From a phage, in the sequence record PV806337.1: a stretch of DNA of 64,000 nucleotides. One strand, 5' to 3'. The position numbers were made by a program, and so were the translations under genes. The notes below the pieces were generated by a model, which was not told the origin of the DNA, did not search any database, and saw nothing but the letters and a program-made list of their open reading frames with translations. This document shows, one piece after another, positions 20,908-30,240 of this stretch (its first letter is position 1; each line of letters begins with the position of its first letter).

Positions 20908-23015
20908 TGGCAATAACTACTAAGATTATTGTACAACAAATATTAAATATTGATGATACTAAAGCTACTGCTAGTAAATTTCCTAGATACACAGTAACTC
21001 TTGGAAATTCTATTAGCTCTATTACTGCTAATGAGTTAGTATCCTCTATAGAGGCCGCTGCTGCATCCGCTGCTGCTGCAAAAATTAGTGAAGATAAAGC
21101 AAAAATCAGTGAGACTAATGCTGCCGCTTCCGCTGTAGACTCCAGTGGTTTTAGGAATGAGGCGGAAATATTTTCTGAGCAAGCTGCTGCATCGGCATCT
21201 GCGGCAAAAACCTCGGAAACCAATGCAAAAACCTCGGAAACAAAAGCTAAGGCTAGTGAAACTAATGCTGCAGGATCTGCAACTTCTGCCAACCAATCTG
21301 TAACTACTATTCAAGGGCTTAAATCAGATGTTGAACAATTAAAATCTGATACCAAGGCCATTAAAAATAGTGCTGTAACAGAGACAACAGCTTTAAAATC
21401 AGATGTTGAACAATTAAAATCTGATACCCAGGCCATTAAAAATAGTGCTGTAACAGAGACAGCAGCTTTAAAAGCAGATGTTGAGCAATTAAAAACAGAT
21501 ACACAAGGTATTAAGGATAGCACGGTATCTGAGACAACAACTTTAAAAAACCAAGCTGCAACTTCTGCAACTAGTGCTGCTAATTCTGCTACTGAAGCAG
21601 GAAAACAAGCTACTAGTGCTGCCAATAGTGCTAATACTGCTAAAACTGAAGCCGACCGTTCAAAAACTGAGGCTGATAGATCAGAAGCTGCTGCTAATTC
21701 TACCCCCGACATTCAACCTCTTCCAGATGTATGGATACCGTTTAATGATTCTCTAGATATGATCACCGGCTTTGCACCAGGCTATAAAAAAATAACAGTT
21801 GGTGATGAGGAAATAACACTGCCTAGCGACAAGATTGTTAGCTTTACTCGTGCATCAACTGCGACCTATATCAATAAGTCCGGTATATTGACCATTGCTG
21901 AAGTTGACGAACCGCGATTTGAACGTGAAGGTTTGCTGATTGAAGGACAAAGAACTAACCTGCTAATCAATTCAACTGATCCGACTAAATGGAACAAGTC
22001 ATCAAATATGATCTTAGATAGATCAGGTGTAGATGATTTCGGATTCCAGTACGCAAAATTTACATTAAAACCAGAAATGGTAGGGCAAACTTCAGCGATT
22101 AACATAGTAACCGTTTCCGGCAGCAGAGGTTTTGATGTAACAGGAAATGAAAAGTATGTAACCATATCATGCAGGGCGCAAAGTGGGACTCCAAATTTAA
22201 GATGCCGATTACGATTTGAAAACTACGATGGATCTGCTTATACATTTTTGGGTGATGCTTACGTAAATCTGACAGATTTATCAATTGAAAAAACTGGCGG
22301 CGCTGCAAATCGTATTACTGCAAGGGCTGTTAAAGATGAAGCAAGCAAATGGATTTTCTTTGAGGCAACAATTAAAGCACTTGATACAGAAAATATGATC
22401 GGTGCAATGGTGCAGTATGCACCAGCAAAAGGGGGAGGTACTGGTGTAGATGATTATATTTATATTGCGACCCCTCAAGTTGAAGGTGGGGCATGTGCTT
22501 CATCCTTTATTATTACAGAAGCAACTCCAGTGACAAGGGCTAGTGATATGGTTACAATGCCAATCAAAAACAACCTTTACAATTTGCCGTTTACAGTACT
22601 TGTGGAAGCTAATAAAAACTGGAGTATAACGCCAAATGCTGCGCCTCGTGTTTTCGATACTAGAGGTCATCAATCTGGTGCGGCAATTATTCTTGCTTTC
22701 GGATCTGCCGAAGGCGATAATGATGGATTCCCTTATTGCGATATAGGTAAATCAAACAGAAGGGTTTACGAGAATGCAAAACTAAAAAAGATGATTATGG
22801 GAATGAGAGTAAAGAGTGATTACAATAATTGCTGTGTAAGTAATGCCAGAATATCAAGCGAAACAAAAACGGAATGGAGATACATACAATCAACGGCTAC
22901 TATAAGGATTGGAGGACAAACAAATACTGGAGAACGACATTTATTTGGCCATATCCGAAACTTTAGAATCTGGCATAAGGAACTAACTGATAGACAAATG
23001 AAGGAGTATGTATGA
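20907..23015 (+). CDS. L-shaped tail fibre protein, proximal part (LtfA-like) with C-terminal lectin-like domain
   Basis: 702 aa; N-terminal Ala/Ser/Thr-rich region and 25-aa tandem coiled-coil repeats; C-terminal jellyroll/LamG-like segment ending in HIRNFRIWHKELTDRQM. Confidence 0.75.
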   Translation: MAITTKIIVQQILNIDDTKATASKFPRYTVTLGNSISSITANELVSSIEAAAASAAAAKISEDKAKISETNAAASAVDSSGFRNEAEIFSEQAAASASAAKTSETNAKTSETKAKASETNAAGSATSANQSVTTIQGLKSDVEQLKSDTKAIKNSAVTETTALKSDVEQLKSDTQAIKNSAVTETAALKADVEQLKTDTQGIKDSTVSETTTLKNQAATSATSAANSATEAGKQATSAANSANTAKTEADRSKTEADRSEAAANSTPDIQPLPDVWIPFNDSLDMITGFAPGYKKITVGDEEITLPSDKIVSFTRASTATYINKSGILTIAEVDEPRFEREGLLIEGQRTNLLINSTDPTKWNKSSNMILDRSGVDDFGFQYAKFTLKPEMVGQTSAINIVTVSGSRGFDVTGNEKYVTISCRAQSGTPNLRCRLRFENYDGSAYTFLGDAYVNLTDLSIEKTGGAANRITARAVKDEASKWIFFEATIKALDTENMIGAMVQYAPAKGGGTGVDDYIYIATPQVEGGACASSFIITEATPVTRASDMVTMPIKNNLYNLPFTVLVEANKNWSITPNAAPRVFDTRGHQSGAAIILAFGSAEGDNDGFPYCDIGKSNRRVYENAKLKKMIMGMRVKSDYNNCCVSNARISSETKTEWRYIQSTATIRIGGQTNTGERHLFGHIRNFRIWHKELTDRQMKEYV
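21323..21548 (+). repeat. 3 x 75-bp in-frame tandem repeat inside LtfA-like gene
   Basis: units start at about 21323, 21398 and 21473; first two near-identical (ATCAGATGTTGAACAATTAAAATCTGATACC...), third diverged; encode LKSDVEQLKSDTxAIKNSAVTETxA. Confidence 0.85.
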
Positions 23016-23290
23016 GAGATATAATCCTAAAGTTCACAGATAAATCAACATATAAAGATTTTCTCATTCAAATAGGGTGGGATACTAATGAAACTTTGCA
23101 AAACCAAATAATGCTTGATGAAATTGGCTATACTTATACTGAAATCTCTCCGCTAGGCGATGAGGAGCCTAGATGCATCCGTAATGAAGGGTATTATGTT
23201 AATGTAAGGATTCTTGATGAATCCTTTACTTACGAATACTTCGAGCCTTTTATAGTTCAGCTAGAACAGCCTCTTAGAGTATGGGCATAA
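23012..23290 (+). CDS. hypothetical small protein between fibre genes
   Basis: 92 aa; AAGGAG RBS 5 nt upstream of ATG; start overlaps LtfA stop. Confidence 0.45.
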   Translation: MRDIILKFTDKSTYKDFLIQIGWDTNETLQNQIMLDEIGYTYTEISPLGDEEPRCIRNEGYYVNVRILDESFTYEYFEPFIVQLEQPLRVWA

Positions 23291-23299
23291 GGTTTTATA

Positions 23300-25030
23300 A
23301 TGGTAACTAAAACAGTAATTCCTACGGATATTACAAAACTTAAAAATGAGTCACTTAACAAGAATAATAACTTAAGTGACTTAGCAGACCGTGCAGCAGC
23401 ATGGCTAAATGTGTGTCCTATTGGGTCCACCCCTCTTGCGGGGGACCCTGTTGGGGACTACGATGCTGCAACCAAACGTTGGGTAGAGAATAAGATTAAC
23501 ACTGGTACAGTCGGCCCCACTATGAATGGTGTTATGAACTACGGCGTTGGTGATTTCCACCTTCGAGATAGTCGTGCATATATTCAACCATACGAAGTCG
23601 TTTCTGACGGACAGCTTCTTAATAGGGCTGACTGGCCTGAACTTTGGGCGTATGCACAAATGGTTGGGGCTATAGATGATTCAGTTTGGTTAGGAGATAA
23701 ATTCCAGCGCGGTAAGTACTCATCAGGTAATGGAACAACAACCTTTCGTGTTCCAGATAAGAATGGGGTGCAGGAGGGATCAATACGCGCTCTTTATGGC
23801 CGTGGAGATGGTGGGAATAGTGGTGCAAATGGGCAACTGTTCGAATCCGCTGCGCCTAATATTACAGGTTTTTTCACCACATATGCCTCTCAAACCTATG
23901 CCCAGGCATTAGGACATACAGGTGGTTGCTTTAGTGCAAACAATAATGCGTTTCCTGACGGAAGAGGTGACGGAATCGCTCCAGGGTCTGCAGCTCTTGC
24001 TGGACGTTATAATACCTGCGACTTCAATGCCTCAATATCAAGTCCGATTTACGGGGCATCAACAGATGAGATTCTTACACGAAACTTTGTCGGCGTCTGG
24101 GTAATCCGTGCTTCTGGTGGGTTCGTGGCAGCAAATACATCATGGAGTGTTATTAACGCTGATAAAACAACCCCCGATTCAGGTGTTGTTGTTTCTGGTG
24201 GTAGTGTTAAATCTGAATATAAATCTCCCAGTGCAAGTGTAACAGCGGAACTAAAATCAAGTAAAGTAATTAATGGTGCATGGGGTGTTAGCTTAACTAT
24301 AACAGATGATAGAGGGATCCCTGTAAGCATTAAGTATGACAGTAATGGTCAGTTTTCAACATCTCATAGGCCATCTGGAGTCGGTACTGGGAGTTCCTAT
24401 ACTCATTGCGCTTATCGCGCGCCAGACTGGTGGAATAACACAGCATATAGTGCCTTCGTACCAATTCTTGGAGGTGGTAGCGGTAATTCACTAAAGAACT
24501 ATAGATCTTTTGCTTGTTTTGGACAAATATCTTATCCTGATTCTAGTAATAGTTATCCTAGAGCTGCAATTGCTCAAGTAAGGGATTGGGCACTACCAGA
24601 TGGTGAACAAGGTAACGGCAAGAGTATTACCGTGTTTACGTTTATTGATAATTCATTTGACCTTCAATATGGGTACAACGATGGTTCGCTAAACTATATT
24701 TTTTCAAAATCTCCAATTTGTGATGAAAGATTAAAGAAAAATATTGAATCCATTGATACTAATATTGCAATAAGTAATATTAAGCAGATGTCATATAAAT
24801 CATACATCTATAAAAATGACGAGAATGAACAGGTGCGCCGTGGTTTTATAGCTCAGGATTTACAGAAAATAGATCCCCAATATGTACGGGAATATGGAGA
24901 TCCTGGAAGAGAGAAAACGTTGGCCATTGATGAAAACGTTATGTTGCTTGATTCAGTTGCTGCGGTTAAGTGGCTTATTAATAAAGTTGAGGAGTTGCAA
25001 GAAGAAATAAATGTATTGAAAGCTAAGTAA
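23300..25030 (+). CDS. L-shaped tail fibre protein, distal receptor-binding part with C-terminal intramolecular chaperone domain (LtfB-like)
   Basis: 576 aa; N-terminal fibre motif (YDAATKRWVENKI); tail-collar-like segment (ADWPELWAYA...FRVPDKNG); C-terminal ~110 aa resemble S74-type auto-cleaving chaperone domain (…IAQDLQKIDPQYV…LLDSVAAVKWLINKVEELQEEINVLKAK). Confidence 0.8.
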   Translation: MVTKTVIPTDITKLKNESLNKNNNLSDLADRAAAWLNVCPIGSTPLAGDPVGDYDAATKRWVENKINTGTVGPTMNGVMNYGVGDFHLRDSRAYIQPYEVVSDGQLLNRADWPELWAYAQMVGAIDDSVWLGDKFQRGKYSSGNGTTTFRVPDKNGVQEGSIRALYGRGDGGNSGANGQLFESAAPNITGFFTTYASQTYAQALGHTGGCFSANNNAFPDGRGDGIAPGSAALAGRYNTCDFNASISSPIYGASTDEILTRNFVGVWVIRASGGFVAANTSWSVINADKTTPDSGVVVSGGSVKSEYKSPSASVTAELKSSKVINGAWGVSLTITDDRGIPVSIKYDSNGQFSTSHRPSGVGTGSSYTHCAYRAPDWWNNTAYSAFVPILGGGSGNSLKNYRSFACFGQISYPDSSNSYPRAAIAQVRDWALPDGEQGNGKSITVFTFIDNSFDLQYGYNDGSLNYIFSKSPICDERLKKNIESIDTNIAISNIKQMSYKSYIYKNDENEQVRRGFIAQDLQKIDPQYVREYGDPGREKTLAIDENVMLLDSVAAVKWLINKVEELQEEINVLKAK

Positions 25031-25033
25031 AAG

Positions 25034-25068
25034 AAAACCCCAGAGGGATATCCCTCTGGGGTTTATTA
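25034..25068. terminator. bidirectional rho-independent terminator at late/early module junction
   Basis: perfect palindrome AAAACCCCAGAGGGA-TA-TCCCTCTGGGGTTT flanked by A-run and T-run; lies between convergent LtfB and dut genes. Confidence 0.85.
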
Positions 25069-25091
25069 TTATTATTTATTTGATACGTAGA

Positions 25092-25538
25092 TTATTTACT
25101 TCCTGAGCTTCCAAAGCCGCCTTCTCCACGATTAGTCTCCCCTAGTTCGTCAACGATTTCAAAATTATGGGTTGAATAGTGGGGTAGTACCACTAGCTGA
25201 CAAAGTCTTTCAAAATTTTCCAAAGTTTGAATTTCAGAACCATAGTTGAACAGGTTCATCTTAATAGTTCCACGATAGTCTGAGTCGATCACTCCTGCAG
25301 TATTTGCAATCATCAGATGGCGTTTACCTAAAGAGCTGCGTGGAACTACCAAACCGAACCAACCTCGCGGAATTTCCACCGCGACACCGGTGTCAATCAT
25401 TAAGGATTTGCCTGGTGCAATAGCGCGTAAGTCTGCGGCAGGGTTAGTACCAAAGAATGCTCGCAGATCCATACCTGCGGCATCTTCGGAACCAATCTTA
25501 GGCATACAATCTGGATGAGTTAATTTAATTTTAATCAT
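25092..25538 (-). CDS. dut: dUTP diphosphatase
   Basis: 148 aa; dUTPase motifs AGMDLRA, GLVVPRSSLGKRH, GVIDSDYRG, C-terminal RGEGGFGSSG. Confidence 0.9.
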   Translation of the reverse strand: MIKIKLTHPDCMPKIGSEDAAGMDLRAFFGTNPAADLRAIAPGKSLMIDTGVAVEIPRGWFGLVVPRSSLGKRHLMIANTAGVIDSDYRGTIKMNLFNYGSEIQTLENFERLCQLVVLPHYSTHNFEIVDELGETNRGEGGFGSSGSK

Positions 25539-26410
25539 TGTTCTGCAATCTCCAAAATATCTTTTGTAAACTTATCTAATACATCTTGACCTACAGCAGC
25601 AATAGCATCCACACAGTAGGTAGGTAAATCAACCAGAATTAGGTTTCGATAAAGCAATTCTTCCGAAGCATTTAAATTCTGTATATATTTCTGTTTTCCA
25701 GGCAGTGGAAGCTGATCAATAATATCCAGAACGTTACCAAATTCACGAATAATGTTATACCCGCGTTTTGCCCCAATACCTTCAACACCACGGATATTAT
25801 CCCCTAAATCACCCATAATTGCTTTTAGAGAGATAAACTGCTCTACATCATCAACATTATGATGCTCATACATATCACGAAGATGGTATTCACGACGTGT
25901 TGTGAAAGAGAAACGAGAAACCTTATCCGTTAATAAAGTATCCCAGTCACCATCGGTAGAAATTAACCAAACATGATCATATAGATGCCCAATCAGCTTA
26001 ACAATATAAGCTGCCATATCATCTGCTTCTACACCACGAATAGTGAAGGTTGGGAATGTAGTTTCACATAGTTCGAAAGCATCTTTCAAATACTCGAAGA
26101 ACTGCTCATCTAACGCTTTCTCCTCTTCCGTACGCTGAGAGTATTTCTCATCTCGATTTCCTTTATACTCAGGTAAATGCTCTAAGCGGAATGCAGACTT
26201 CCCTTTATCTCCTAAAACTATTGTGGTTCTAGCAGAATAAGATTTTGCAAGAGACTGAATAGTGGAAACATAACTTGAGGCAAATGGTTTTTTACTATTG
26301 TTATGTTTGAAGCGAAAGCCTAAGTTAGTTCCATCGACAATCATTAGGTTACGACGGGAAGCCATTTCAGCTTCCTCTTCTTCAATAAATTTTCCCCAGG
26401 ATTTACTCAT
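25535..26410 (-). CDS. flap endonuclease / 5'-3' exonuclease (D15-like)
   Basis: 291 aa; N-terminal FEN-fold acidic residues (LMIVDGTNLGFR), H3TH-like GDLGDNIRGVEGIGAKRG. Confidence 0.85.
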   Translation of the reverse strand: MSKSWGKFIEEEEAEMASRRNLMIVDGTNLGFRFKHNNSKKPFASSYVSTIQSLAKSYSARTTIVLGDKGKSAFRLEHLPEYKGNRDEKYSQRTEEEKALDEQFFEYLKDAFELCETTFPTFTIRGVEADDMAAYIVKLIGHLYDHVWLISTDGDWDTLLTDKVSRFSFTTRREYHLRDMYEHHNVDDVEQFISLKAIMGDLGDNIRGVEGIGAKRGYNIIREFGNVLDIIDQLPLPGKQKYIQNLNASEELLYRNLILVDLPTYCVDAIAAVGQDVLDKFTKDILEIAEQ

Positions 26411-26892
26411 TATTTAATTAAGTCCTCAACAGATGCATGATGTAGCCACGGCTCAAATAAACCAATTACGATTTCCATGTCTTTCTTATTTAACACCATA
26501 TGGGTACGACTCATTAAGTTGTCAACCATCGGGTCTGAGCTATCCAAAGCTATTAACCACTGTCCTCTGTCTTTCTTGAATATTAATGCAGGTTTGGAGT
26601 TCATCTGCTCACCTTCACGTGAGCACTGCTGCCACCACTTCTCTAGAGTGGATTCACCAACATTAAATAAATTACTTGATATATTATCATCTTTATACCA
26701 CTTAACTTCGAAGCAGTATTTACTAATGTGTCCACTTTGTGGTGGAAGGTAGATGTCACCCTTCAATCCGTGGCTCTGGCCAAAAGCACCAGAACCAGGA
26801 ACACGTTCCCACTCAAGACCCGTACGTTCACGTAAAATATCTCTTACCTGATATTCACCACGTTTACCTTTCTCTCTACTATCTACAGCCAT
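26410..26892 (-). CDS. putative PD-(D/E)xK nuclease, Hjc-like resolvase candidate (D14-like)
   Basis: 160 aa; pattern KGKRGE…GSG…GDIY…FEVKW resembles archaeal-type Holliday junction resolvases; sits in recombination gene cluster. Confidence 0.45.
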   Translation of the reverse strand: MAVDSREKGKRGEYQVRDILRERTGLEWERVPGSGAFGQSHGLKGDIYLPPQSGHISKYCFEVKWYKDDNISSNLFNVGESTLEKWWQQCSREGEQMNSKPALIFKKDRGQWLIALDSSDPMVDNLMSRTHMVLNKKDMEIVIGLFEPWLHHASVEDLIK

Positions 26893-26895
26893 GTT

Positions 26896-28734
26896 TTATT
26901 CTAAGTAGGAAAATCCTTCTGCATCTTTTTTAACAGTAATCTTATGGGCTAATGGATGCGTATGCCCATGAGAAACAATGATAGAATTTAGGCTTTCTTC
27001 CTCATTTAATAATTCAACGAGAGTATCAAGTCCTTTCGTATCAATAAAGCTAATTACTTCATCAAGGAATAGAAGATTAATATTAACTTTACTAATAGAT
27101 GTTAACAGCATCCGAATAGCCAACAGGGTTGCTAGATTAATTCGACTTTGCTGACCAGTAGAGCAGTTCTCCATACTGGTACGGTTTCCATCATTGAAGA
27201 TTACTACTTGTAACTTCGTTTCATCCAGTTCAAATCCAAGTGCGAATTTACCTCCAGTCATAATAGAAAGGTATTTATTAATTAATTCTTCGAATACTTT
27301 CACACTATGCTCTAGTTTATATCCCACCAGATTTTTCAAAGCAGCAATTAGAATATCGAGATCAGCAACAGCTTCTGATACTCCATTCAGTTTGGAAGTA
27401 ATCTCAGACATTTCTGCTTCAGCTTTCTCAATCTGTTCTAGTTTCGCTTTATATTTTGCATTAGCTAATTCGACATTTGCATTATGCTCTTTGGCAATTG
27501 CAACCTTAGAGCGGCCATCAGCGATTTCCTGTTCTAATTGTCGGATTTGCACCTGTAGGATTTGCACGTTGAGTTCTTCAAAAGAAGTATCACTCATTGA
27601 ATTTTTGAACTCGTCTCTAGCTGCCACTGCTTTATCCAAAGCATCCTTTGCTCTATTATACGCAACGTACTCAAGTTGTTCCTTCTTCAACTGTTCTAGC
27701 TTAGCTTCAAGAGATTGCTTCTCTTTGAACAGAGGATCATATTCTATTCTAGCCATATCCATTGCTTTTTGAGCAGCAGTTGTATCCAGATGAGTACCAC
27801 AAGTAGGGCATTCAGTATTTGAAGCCTCTTGCTTGAACTTCTGATAACGTTTCTTAACTTCGCCCGCACGTGAGGTCACAATCGTTAGGTCACGCGTAAC
27901 ACTTGAGATCTCTTCGTTTTGGTCAGTGGGCGCGGGAAGATTTTTATATGGTTCGAAAGATTGTTCGGCAACTTGTACAGCTTTGTCCAAATTACGCAAC
28001 TTAGTAATATTAGCTTCTTGTGCTTTAGCTAATGCCGCCTTAATTTTCGATTCAGTAAGTTCTTGTGCTAATGGTTCTTCATCAAATTCTGGTACTTCTA
28101 CAGGTTCCTGCAAAGTTCCCAGATTATTCTTTCCATTAAGGATTTTCGTAATTACAGCCATCTGGCCCTGTAAATTATTTAAGGTATTTGCTATTTCTTT
28201 ACGGTCAGCCTTAATAGTTTCCGACATTTCTTTGTATTGTTCTTGATTGAACAAATTAACAAGAAAAGCCTTACGTGTTGCATCTGTTGCTTTTAGAAAA
28301 TCTAGGTTGGAACCCACTGATTGATAAATCAGTTTGGTGAATGTTTGAAAGTCACCGCCCATAATCTCTTCAATCATCTTGTATGTTTGGGTTGCCGTAT
28401 GTCCACTAATATCTTCCCCATTCTTAATCAACGTTACTTTAGCAGTTGACTTAACTACTTTATGCAGCTCATACTCATCATCATCTTTTGAAAAGTAAGC
28501 GTGCATATCGTATTCTTTCTTAGGGGCATTCCAAGAGAACAGAGCATCTTTCTTAATACCACGTGAGTTCTTGTTATAAAACAATTCCTCGATAACCGTA
28601 GCGATGGTGGATTTCCCTAGCCCATTGCCACCAATTAGTTGAGTAACTGGATTCTTATCGAAATGAATTACGATGTCCTTACCGTAAGACATAACGTTAC
28701 TAAATTTTAGTGTCTTAATTGTAATCTTTGACAT
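26896..28734 (-). CDS. sbcC: SbcC/Rad50-like recombination ATPase (D13-like)
   Basis: Walker A GGNGLGKST, central coiled coils with zinc-hook CPTCGT, ABC signature LSTGQQSRINLA, Walker B LLFLDEV; start set at ATG 28734 (MSKITIK); ORF-track start 28836 over-extends into sbcD. Confidence 0.85.
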   Translation of the reverse strand: MSKITIKTLKFSNVMSYGKDIVIHFDKNPVTQLIGGNGLGKSTIATVIEELFYNKNSRGIKKDALFSWNAPKKEYDMHAYFSKDDDEYELHKVVKSTAKVTLIKNGEDISGHTATQTYKMIEEIMGGDFQTFTKLIYQSVGSNLDFLKATDATRKAFLVNLFNQEQYKEMSETIKADRKEIANTLNNLQGQMAVITKILNGKNNLGTLQEPVEVPEFDEEPLAQELTESKIKAALAKAQEANITKLRNLDKAVQVAEQSFEPYKNLPAPTDQNEEISSVTRDLTIVTSRAGEVKKRYQKFKQEASNTECPTCGTHLDTTAAQKAMDMARIEYDPLFKEKQSLEAKLEQLKKEQLEYVAYNRAKDALDKAVAARDEFKNSMSDTSFEELNVQILQVQIRQLEQEIADGRSKVAIAKEHNANVELANAKYKAKLEQIEKAEAEMSEITSKLNGVSEAVADLDILIAALKNLVGYKLEHSVKVFEELINKYLSIMTGGKFALGFELDETKLQVVIFNDGNRTSMENCSTGQQSRINLATLLAIRMLLTSISKVNINLLFLDEVISFIDTKGLDTLVELLNEEESLNSIIVSHGHTHPLAHKITVKKDAEGFSYLE

Positions 28735-29692
28735 ATTTCGCAGCTCTAGCCAAGATTCTATCAATGTCGCCTTGAGATAGCTTCTCGACTTCACGGAAGT
28801 AAAGTTCAAGTTCGCCCAACATATCAAGATCAACAAGATTTAACTTAGCATCTTTAGTAACTCGATGGTTAATCTTCTTGTCTAATAAATCAGAGTCTTT
28901 GATAGACTTTAATTGAACAACGTCACCAGTAACTTCGTAGACTACACGATCATAATCACTAGGTTCCATTTCTTCACCTGCTCCGATTGTTTTACGAATC
29001 AGTTGTGGTAAATCACCTAGTTCAATCCATTCTACTTTTAATGTGTCGGTATCAATGATAAAGCAACCATTTGTACCTTTTGTGCGTTCTCTATGGAACG
29101 ATGTAGTTAATGGAGACCCCGGGTAGAGAAGTCTAGTAGATCCGATAGTCTGGCTATTAGTATAAGAATGTAAGTCACCAGCAATTACAGTATCATAACA
29201 GTTGTACTTAGTTAGATCAATTTCTGGTTTTACATGTGGAGGGATTTCACCACGAACATGCGTGAAACATAGTTTTGATTCAGCAGGTTTCCACTTAGAT
29301 TTATGGATTTCGTCATACGGAACAATATCAAATTCAGGGGAACGATATGGTTTGGTAATTACTTCCCACTTACCACTCGTTACTTTATTAATAACTCCTG
29401 CATAATGATATAGGCATGAAATGGTTTTCGTTAACATTTCATGATTTCCAGTAAAGATTTTGCCTGGATGGTCAAGTCTTGACATGAACTGTTCAAGCAG
29501 TTCTACTTCTTCTGATGACGGGTCGGAATGGTCAAATAAATCACCACCAATAATATGAAGATCACAGTTATGATTATGGAATACATCATTTAAACGGCCT
29601 CCCAACATTAAGAATCTCTTCTTTTGCCATTCTTTGGGAATTTTGTCCTGCCCAAGTTTTATATGATGATCTGCGCTAAAGAGTATTTTCAT
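28715..29692 (-). CDS. sbcD: SbcD/Mre11-like nuclease (D12-like)
   Basis: 325 aa; calcineurin-like phosphoesterase motifs ADHH, GGDLFD, GNHE. Confidence 0.8.
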   Translation of the reverse strand: MKILFSADHHIKLGQDKIPKEWQKKRFLMLGGRLNDVFHNHNCDLHIIGGDLFDHSDPSSEEVELLEQFMSRLDHPGKIFTGNHEMLTKTISCLYHYAGVINKVTSGKWEVITKPYRSPEFDIVPYDEIHKSKWKPAESKLCFTHVRGEIPPHVKPEIDLTKYNCYDTVIAGDLHSYTNSQTIGSTRLLYPGSPLTTSFHRERTKGTNGCFIIDTDTLKVEWIELGDLPQLIRKTIGAGEEMEPSDYDRVVYEVTGDVVQLKSIKDSDLLDKKINHRVTKDAKLNLVDLDMLGELELYFREVEKLSQGDIDRILARAAKYVKDYN

Positions 29693-30204
29693 CTTTGTGC
29701 ATACTTTCGCTTTATCTCTTGAATATCTATTCCTTGTTTCAGTTCACTCAAAACTTGGTCTAAGATGCCCTCGAGATCTTTTCGTTCTTTACTAGCCATT
29801 ATATGGTAGTGTTTTTTATTATAGTACAAACGTAGAGTATATGTACTTGATTTGGCATTGTAGCTTATATTTCCAGAATAATTTTCTATATTCTGCATGT
29901 TAGATCGGTGATCACCATTTTTGAGATTGTCCCACCTATTATCGTGTCGTATGCGATTATCATGGTCAATTTCTTCTGGCATCTCCCCGGTTTGCATTAA
30001 CCAAATAAGTCTGTGCAACCTATATTTAGTTCCAAATACCCTAGCGTCTAAATATCCAGACTGCTTAGAGGGAGTTCCCACAGGTTTTCCTACACAATCT
30101 TTAGGAAGCCCATTTGACCATACTTTATAGGTTACAATACCTGTACCTGGATCATATGAGAATCTACGATGACATTCATCGTACAACTTAACTAAATCAT
30201 CCAT
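29689..30204 (-). CDS. HNH homing endonuclease
   Basis: 171 aa; IDHDNRIRHDNRWDNL…GDHRSN HNH motif; inserted between sbcD-like and D11-like genes. Confidence 0.7.
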   Translation of the reverse strand: MDDLVKLYDECHRRFSYDPGTGIVTYKVWSNGLPKDCVGKPVGTPSKQSGYLDARVFGTKYRLHRLIWLMQTGEMPEEIDHDNRIRHDNRWDNLKNGDHRSNMQNIENYSGNISYNAKSSTYTLRLYYNKKHYHIMASKERKDLEGILDQVLSELKQGIDIQEIKRKYAQR

Positions 30205-30207
30205 AAG

Positions 30208-30233
30208 TTAAAAAGAAAGGGGCCGAAGCCCCT
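30208..30233 (-). terminator. rho-independent terminator (reads on - strand)
   Basis: GGGGC-cgaa-GCCCC hairpin; on - strand followed by TTTCTTTTT. Confidence 0.6.
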
Positions 30234-30240
30234 CTATTTA

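Noticed and set aside
20900-21712. Two - strand ORFs (130 and 133 aa) inside the LtfA-like gene
   Set aside because: Low-complexity Ala-rich translations mirroring the repeat-rich sense strand; no RBS; embedded in a well-supported + strand gene.
27194-28246. + strand ORFs of 192 and 106 aa within the sbcC-like gene
   Set aside because: Antisense to a motif-supported ABC ATPase; Ser/Cys-rich low-complexity products.
28735-28836. ORF-track start 28836 for the sbcC-like gene
   Set aside because: Would overlap sbcD by about 120 nt in another frame; ATG at 28734 gives an N-terminus (MSKITIK) next to the Walker A region, with the usual short coupling overlap.
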